A stretch of DNA of 52,343 nucleotides from an uncultured Gemmatimonadota bacterium (GTDB taxonomy: Bacteria > GCA-2686955): positions 1 to 52,343 of the forward strand of contig CAZBBK010000039.1 of NCBI GenBank assembly GCA_964490075.1. Direction: 5' to 3'. Every line of letters begins with the position of its first letter. The first letter of the stretch is position 1. A program made the translations under genes and the position numbers. Below the pieces are notes generated by a model. That model was not told the DNA's origin. It saw only the letters and a list, made by a program, of their open reading frames with translations, and did no database searches. This document shows positions 47,281 through 52,343 of this stretch, piece by piece.

Positions 47281-48999
47281 GAGCCAGAGCTCTCGGTAGA
47301 GGGGGCACGAGGAAGCGAGATCGCGGTGTCGCCCGGCGCCGACCACGCGCCCTTGCTCCATCACCACGATTCGATCGGCCTGCGAGGCGAGCGCCAGAGA
47401 ATGGGTAATCACCAGCAGCGAAGGGCGCGGCTCGATCGATCGGATCGATTCGATCAGCTCTCGGGCGGTGCGGGCATCCAGATTCGCGGTTGGTTCATCC
47501 AGGACCAGCAGCGAGCCGCCCTGGATCAGGGCCCGCGCCAGAGCCAGGCGTTGGCGTTGTCCGCCGGACAGATCCCGCGCCCCCTCGTCGATCTCGCCGT
47601 TCAGACCACCTGGACGACCCTGCACGATCGACATCGCTTGCGCGGATCGAAGCCCTTTGGAGATCCATTCATCACCTCCCGGTGTCGTTCCCAGACAGAC
47701 GTTGTCTCGCAAAGGACCGGAGAAGAACACACCTGTCTGAAACGCCACGACGATCGCCGAGCGCAGCTCCTCGACCGCCAGGTGGGCGATGTTCCGTCCA
47801 TCGAGCGTGACCGACCCGGTCGATGGGTCGCGCAGGCGCACCAGAAGATCGGCCAGCGTCGACTTCCCACACCCCGAGGGACCAACCAGCGCCACGTGCT
47901 CTCCGGCGCGGAGATCGAAGCTACAACCGCTCAGAGCCGGCGTACCCTCAGGATAGGTGTAGCTTAGGTTCCGTACCGACAGCCCGGCGGCTCGGTGCTG
48001 CTCGGTCGTTCGCGGCCGCGGAGCGCGAGGTTCGACCGCGAGAGCAAGGATCTCGCCGATCCGGTCCAGCGCGACCAAGGAGCCCTGAGCGGTGACCAGC
48101 GTGCCCGCGATTGCAGACGCCGGCCCGAAGAGGTAGCCGAGAAATGCCTGAAAGGCCAACCATGTCCCGATCGACATGCGCTCCGCCATGATCTCACGGC
48201 CACATCCCCAGAACAGGATCAAGGGGGCGCATGCGCCGATCAGCCCCACCAGGGCGCCGGCGTTGCACGATGCCGTCGCGGATCGACGCTGCGCCTCGAT
48301 GGCACGATCCATCACGATGCCGGCCCTGCGCGCGGCGAAGAGATCCGCCAGGTAGGCCTTGATCGTGTGCGCGCCCGCCACCAACTCCTGCATGGCGCCG
48401 CGCTCGACGGCGTCGGTTTCCTGCACGCCGCGCGCGGTTCGGCTCAAGACACCGGCGCATCCGTGCGTTGCTAGCACGTAGGGAAGAACAAGCGCCAATG
48501 CGGTCCAGCCGAGACCCGGGTGCAGCCGCACCACCATGAATGCGCCCACGCCGAAGGTCAACGCATCTCGGAGCAGACCGAAGACGGTAGCCCCCATGAT
48601 CCCGCCCAGACGATCGCAGTCGCGTTGGATTCTGCCGACCAGATAGCCGCTCTTGAAGCGCGCCAGCTCTTCGCTGGGCAGTCGCAATACATGGGCCAGC
48701 AGATGGGCCTTGGTATCCCGTACGACTTCTTGACGGAAGCGGGCGAAGGCATAGCTCTGTGCGTACTCCAGAGCGGTTCGCAGTCCGACGATCGCGAAGC
48801 ACGCGGCGATGATTCCATCGAAGGTCGCGAACGCGCTCGCACCCCGCGGCAAGACCTCATCGATGATGTGCCGGGTGATCAGGGGCATCGGCAGCATGGT
48901 GCTCACCGATCCGAGCATCGCCGCGGCGCCCGCGACCGCCAGGCCGATATGCCTTCTGACCTGCGGTCGGATCGCTTCGACGCGCGCCACTTGAATCAC
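47245..48999 (-). CDS. ABC exporter, fused permease/ATPase (no C39 peptidase domain)
   Basis: N-terminal TM domain, GPSGCGKST, LSGGQRQR, LVLDEPTANLD, H-loop ITH. Confidence 0.93.
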   Translation of the reverse strand: MIQVARVEAIRPQVRRHIGLAVAGAAAMLGSVSTMLPMPLITRHIIDEVLPRGASAFATFDGIIAACFAIVGLRTALEYAQSYAFARFRQEVVRDTKAHLLAHVLRLPSEELARFKSGYLVGRIQRDCDRLGGIMGATVFGLLRDALTFGVGAFMVVRLHPGLGWTALALVLPYVLATHGCAGVLSRTARGVQETDAVERGAMQELVAGAHTIKAYLADLFAARRAGIVMDRAIEAQRRSATASCNAGALVGLIGACAPLILFWGCGREIMAERMSIGTWLAFQAFLGYLFGPASAIAGTLVTAQGSLVALDRIGEILALAVEPRAPRPRTTEQHRAAGLSVRNLSYTYPEGTPALSGCSFDLRAGEHVALVGPSGCGKSTLADLLVRLRDPSTGSVTLDGRNIAHLAVEELRSAIVVAFQTGVFFSGPLRDNVCLGTTPGGDEWISKGLRSAQAMSIVQGRPGGLNGEIDEGARDLSGGQRQRLALARALIQGGSLLVLDEPTANLDARTARELIESIRSIEPRPSLLVITHSLALASQADRIVVMEQGRVVGAGRHRDLASSCPLYRELWLSKREHSDFAGV

Positions 49000-49012
49000 C
49001 GCCCAGCCAGGA

Positions 49013-51169
49013 TTACAACCACGAGAGCATGGCGACCTTGGTCAGGAGCGCCCACTCACCTTCGCGCCAGGTTCCGGATCGATTCAGTCCCGCATAGAAG
49101 ACCGCGTGACGCCAGCTGAGGCAGGCGAGCGCGTTGAGATCAAGCCAGGCCCTGGACCGCCAATCACTGCCCCAGCTCGTTGCGTCGACTCCCTGCGCGT
49201 AGAGCTGGAAGTAGGTCCGATCCGATACGCTGTAGCGAGGACGGATAGAGACGGTGGTCCAGTCGATCTCCTCCGCTCCGGGGGGGCGCTCCCACATTCG
49301 GTAGATATTGGTGTCGACGGTCAGCTGCCGCCCGATATTGGCGGTGCTCGAAAGCGACACCGATCGGAAGTCGACGCGCTCCGCCAGAGTGTAGTCGATC
49401 ATGTTGCCCGCGCCGGCGCTCAGCGTTGCCATGAGAGCGCGCGTGGGATTTGATCCGACGCCCGCGACGACAGAGCGCGTGTCATGGACCTCGCCAAAGT
49501 AGGTCGTCCGGCTCAGGTCGCCGTCGATCCACCCGCTCCACTGCTCCAGGGTTGTGACCGATAGTCCGGGGTTCCAGCTCCACGACCACCGGGGATCCCC
49601 CTCGTAGCGCGAGAAGCTCCCTTTCGATCCGATGCTGAGGGTGCGAATCCCAAGGCGCATCGGGTGTGGAGTCAGGAAGGCCGAGCCCGTCCATCGATCC
49701 TGGCCCGCCCACGGCACATAGCCCAGCTCGGAAGCCGAGAACTCGGTCGCCACATGGCGATAGGAGAGGGAGGCCGCCCGCGCCGCGTCGTAGAATCTGA
49801 GCTTTCCGTACGCCGCCAATCCCGAGGCGCCCTCGTGAACCGACTCGGCGACCTGCCCCTCGAAGTTCCAGTCGCGCGAAAGCTCGAGGTAGGTGTCGCC
49901 TCCGACGACCGTCTCGTTGCGGCTACCGCCGCCGGCGTGGGTCAAGGTGGCACCGACATCGGAGCCCTCACCGAAGTCTCGCGCGATCCTGAACACCGAG
50001 TACTGGGCGCGCGGCTCGGTCGACTCACCGGTCCAGGGGCTGACGTACGAGGTGCGTTCGGTGATCGAGTGCACCGCGGCGATCGAGTAGCGATCGACCT
50101 TGCCGGTCAGCTTCGTGCCGAAGAGAATCGGCACCAGCTCCCCATCGGCCAGCTTCTTGCCGATTCTGCGCGAGTAGAAGAGCTGGAAAGGTGTGTCGAA
50201 GAGATCGTTGCGTTCGGAGAACAGGGGACGGCGCTCGGCGTAGTAGGTCTCATAACGCGACAGGTTTACGTAATTGGGATCGGCGCTGATCTCGCCGAAG
50301 TCCGGATTGAGCGCCGCGTCGAGCACCATGGCGGAGCCGATTCGGACCTTGGCGCTGATCCCAAGCTCGGTTTCGGTTCTGAGCGCTTCACCCGCGGGCG
50401 AGCTGAACGAACGACTGGCGGCGGTTGGAACCAGGGCGATTCGCCCCGTATTGAAGGGACCGGAAAGACCGGTAACCGGGCGGGCATCGACCAGCTTGAC
50501 GATGGCCTCGCCGTCCCGCGGTCGAGAAAGCAACGATTCCTCGTTCAGTCGGTGAATCATGCGCCCGAAGTTGAGCGCGCAGCGCGGCGCTTCGCCGTCG
50601 GTGAATCGCAGCTCACGGAATGGCACCGCGATCTCAGCGTTCCAGCCTTCGTCGTGCACGGTGGCTGCCGCGCTCCACTCCGCGTCCCAGGTACGGTCCA
50701 CGGAGAGGCCGTCATCGGTGAGATGCGCGTCGCCGCGGGTGCCGGCGGCGCCGACCGAGAACAGATAGGCGGTCGATCCTTCGGCATCGGTGTCGATGAT
50801 CACGTAGGCGAGATCGCTCCCGCCTCCCGCATCGCGGTTGGCGATCCTGGCCTGGATCGCGCCCGGCTCGCTGTCGTGGCAACGAAACGAGAAGTAGAGC
50901 GCTTCGTGGTCGTAGCAGGCCTGGACCTCGGTCGGCATCGACGGTGCCTTGCCCGGGTCCGGCCAGTTGGTGATGAACCCGCCGTGACGCGGGCGCGATC
51001 TCCAGCAGGGGTCGTCTAGCTGGCCGTCGACCGTAGGCGACATCAACGCGAAGGACAGCTCGAGGACCTCTGTGGGCTGCGGATCCGCGAAGGCCGGATG
51101 GGTCACGGCGGCCACAGCGCAGAGGAGGAGAGGGACGAGAAGGCTGCTTGGCACGACAGCTCCAATCAT
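49013..51169 (-). CDS. CBM9-like + DUF5916-type outer-membrane beta-barrel protein
   Basis: Signal peptide after ATG 51169, PTVDGQLDDPCW, GWNAEIAVPFRELRF (CBM9-like), LNPDFGEI, ETYYAERRPLFSE, LFYSRRIG, then amphipathic strands. Confidence 0.85.
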   Translation of the reverse strand: MIGAVVPSSLLVPLLLCAVAAVTHPAFADPQPTEVLELSFALMSPTVDGQLDDPCWRSRPRHGGFITNWPDPGKAPSMPTEVQACYDHEALYFSFRCHDSEPGAIQARIANRDAGGGSDLAYVIIDTDAEGSTAYLFSVGAAGTRGDAHLTDDGLSVDRTWDAEWSAAATVHDEGWNAEIAVPFRELRFTDGEAPRCALNFGRMIHRLNEESLLSRPRDGEAIVKLVDARPVTGLSGPFNTGRIALVPTAASRSFSSPAGEALRTETELGISAKVRIGSAMVLDAALNPDFGEISADPNYVNLSRYETYYAERRPLFSERNDLFDTPFQLFYSRRIGKKLADGELVPILFGTKLTGKVDRYSIAAVHSITERTSYVSPWTGESTEPRAQYSVFRIARDFGEGSDVGATLTHAGGGSRNETVVGGDTYLELSRDWNFEGQVAESVHEGASGLAAYGKLRFYDAARAASLSYRHVATEFSASELGYVPWAGQDRWTGSAFLTPHPMRLGIRTLSIGSKGSFSRYEGDPRWSWSWNPGLSVTTLEQWSGWIDGDLSRTTYFGEVHDTRSVVAGVGSNPTRALMATLSAGAGNMIDYTLAERVDFRSVSLSSTANIGRQLTVDTNIYRMWERPPGAEEIDWTTVSIRPRYSVSDRTYFQLYAQGVDATSWGSDWRSRAWLDLNALACLSWRHAVFYAGLNRSGTWREGEWALLTKVAMLSWL

Positions 51170-51247
51170 GGCGACAGGCAATCGCGAGCGGTGTCTCGGT
51201 ATCGGTGAATGAGGAGGGAGTAACAACACAACGGCGGGATCTCGCTC

Positions 51248-51309
51248 GCCCGGAGCCGCGCGACTCAGGCATGACCAGCCGGTCGTCAGTGGGTCGCGCG
51301 GCTCCGGGC
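51248..51309. promoter_or_regulatory. Long RNA hairpin directly downstream of precursor genes (stabiliser/attenuator)
   Basis: 17-bp perfect inverted repeat GCCCGGAGCCGCGCGAC (51248-51264) / GTCGCGCGGCTCCGGGC (51293-51309) with a pairable interior. Confidence 0.7.
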
Positions 51310-51327
51310 ATCGATCGGGCTCCGTTG

Positions 51328-51477
51328 CTACTTGGAACCCTCGCCCTTGGTGATCTGGAACCTCGGCGCGGTGTCGTCGTTGTCGTGGCCGCAATTGCCG
51401 AACGTGCAAGCGTTGTTCCAGAGGCAGAAGCAAGGGAATGCGGGGTCGTGGTCGTGGGGGTTGCGAATCCAATCCAT
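51328..51477 (-). CDS. Cys-rich RiPP precursor peptide 2 (49 aa)
   Basis: Manual translation MDWIRNPHDHDPAFPCFCLWNNACTFGNCGHDNDDTAPRFQITKGEGSK*; AGGAG RBS 7 nt upstream; paralog of the adjacent peptide. Confidence 0.88.
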   Translation of the reverse strand: MDWIRNPHDHDPAFPCFCLWNNACTFGNCGHDNDDTAPRFQITKGEGSK

Positions 51478-51564
51478 GGGATCACTCCTGAGTACAGTGG
51501 TTGCTCAGGCGCCTCATCGATGCGCCGTCTCTGGGACGGAGCGAGAGCGCCTGCGCGGAGTCGG

Positions 51565-51714
51565 TCAGTTTTCGTCCTTGGCCGGTGCGATGGAGAACTG
51601 AGGTTGGTCGACGCATTTGCTGTCACCACAGTTGCCCTTGTCGCAACCGCGGTTGATGATGCAGAAGCAGGCGCCGGGAAGCTCTATCCTTGCAGGTTCT
51701 CGGATCCAGTCCAT
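51565..51714 (-). CDS. Cys-rich RiPP precursor peptide 1 (49 aa)
   Basis: Manual translation MDWIREPARIELPGACFCIINRGCDKGNCGDSKCVDQPQFSIAPAKDEN*; AGGAG RBS 7 nt upstream; follows the SPASM gene. Confidence 0.88.
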   Translation of the reverse strand: MDWIREPARIELPGACFCIINRGCDKGNCGDSKCVDQPQFSIAPAKDEN

Positions 51715-51851
51715 ATGTTCTCTCCTGGTTGTGGTGCTCTGCGGCTACCTGGTACTTCGGTGTCGGATGAGGGGTCGGAGGGGCTCGAATCATGGTGTAT
51801 TCCTCAGCGTCCGCATGAGTGGCGCGCGCCCATTGACGTCGCTGCTGTTGC

Positions 51852-52343
51852 TCAGGCGACGGTCGCTTGAACGCGCTCGAAACGTGTGACCTCTTCCTCG
51901 AGCTCGCAGGTCACGAAGTCTCGAAGCGATGACTCGAGCGGCGGGACCCCACAGCTGGGGCCGTCTGCTTCCACGCCCAGGCGTCGGCGCAGGGGACATC
52001 CACCCAGGCAGAGCGGGAGGCGCTCACAGGTCGAACACTCGGGATGATCGGCCGGGTTGAAGCTCATCCATCGGAGCCATTCCTGGTTCCAGATTTGGAA
52101 GGGCCGATCGGCATCCGCGGGAGGAAGGTGGCCGATGGTGCCTGAGGAATCGCCGAAGTGAACCCAGCATTTCACCAACTCGCCAAGTGGGCCGATGCAA
52201 AGCCCGTTCTTGGTCACCGCGGTGCACAGGCTGGAGATGCCGGGGTAGTGGGAGGCGTCGCTCGCGAGATTGGCGCAGCCGAGTCGATCCCGCGCGCGGC
52301 TCGCGAAGATCCGGTATTCGGCGCTCGGCAGGTAGAGGTCCGC
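51852..52343 (-). CDS. Radical SAM/SPASM-domain peptide maturase, C-terminal part (runs off right edge)
   Basis: Frame open from window end; CTAVTKNGLCIGPLGELVKCW and CSTCERLPLCLGGCP...C (Cx2Cx5Cx3C..C) SPASM pattern. The CxxxCxxC core is outside the window. Confidence 0.88.
   Translation of the reverse strand, partial: ADLYLPSAEYRIFASRARDRLGCANLASDASHYPGISSLCTAVTKNGLCIGPLGELVKCWVHFGDSSGTIGHLPPADADRPFQIWNQEWLRWMSFNPADHPECSTCERLPLCLGGCPLRRRLGVEADGPSCGVPPLESSLRDFVTCELEEEVTRFERVQATVA

Noticed and set aside
51170-51472. N-terminal extension of the 819-aa ORF 49013..51472
   Set aside because: It overlaps precursor 2 and the hairpin; the signal peptide begins at ATG 51169.
51623-51793. 56-aa minus-strand ORF (MIRAPPTPHP...) as a third precursor
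   Set aside because: Overlaps precursor 1 out of frame, has no MDWIR leader or Cys pattern.
51852-52343. Anaerobic sulfatase maturase interpretation of the SPASM protein
   Set aside because: Adjacent genes are Cys-rich peptides and an exporter; the only sulfatase-like gene is 25 kb away and lacks the Cys/Ser motif. Not fully excluded without the N-terminus.
1-52343. CRISPR arrays, tRNA/rRNA genes, IS elements, integrases
   Set aside because: No regularly spaced repeats, cloverleaf-like segments or transposase/integrase motifs seen by eye; repeats found are protein-coding (FG-GAP, beta-helix).

Overview
High-GC bacterial (diderm-like: lipoproteins, outer-membrane barrels) genomic window with no rRNA, tRNA, CRISPR array or transposase that I can recognise. 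Left part: a sugar ABC transporter operon divergent from a pfkB - sucrose-phosphate synthase - sucrose synthase cluster, followed by a monoheme lipoprotein/beta-barrel pair, FkbM methyltransferase, aldo-keto reductase, and an unusual 1357-aa TPR - ClpA/B-type AAA+ - release-factor-2-like fusion lacking GGQ and SPF. Middle: many secreted proteins (a paralogous family of Cys-rich right-handed beta-helix proteins, a sulfatase-like protein, FG-GAP proteins), a decaying accessory tract with an orphan Rhs toxin remnant, and leuS. Right part: cysteine synthase/CBS-like, glyoxalase I, ADP-forming acyl-CoA synthetase, then a minus-strand RiPP-like cluster running off the window: radical SAM/SPASM (C-terminal part), two unannotated 49-aa Cys-rich paralogous precursor peptides missed by the ORF track, a long hairpin, a CBM9/DUF5916-type outer-membrane protein and a peptidase-less ABC exporter. 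The RiPP cluster and the Clp-RF2 fusion are the best candidates for undescribed biology. All family calls come from motif recognition by eye, not from database searches.
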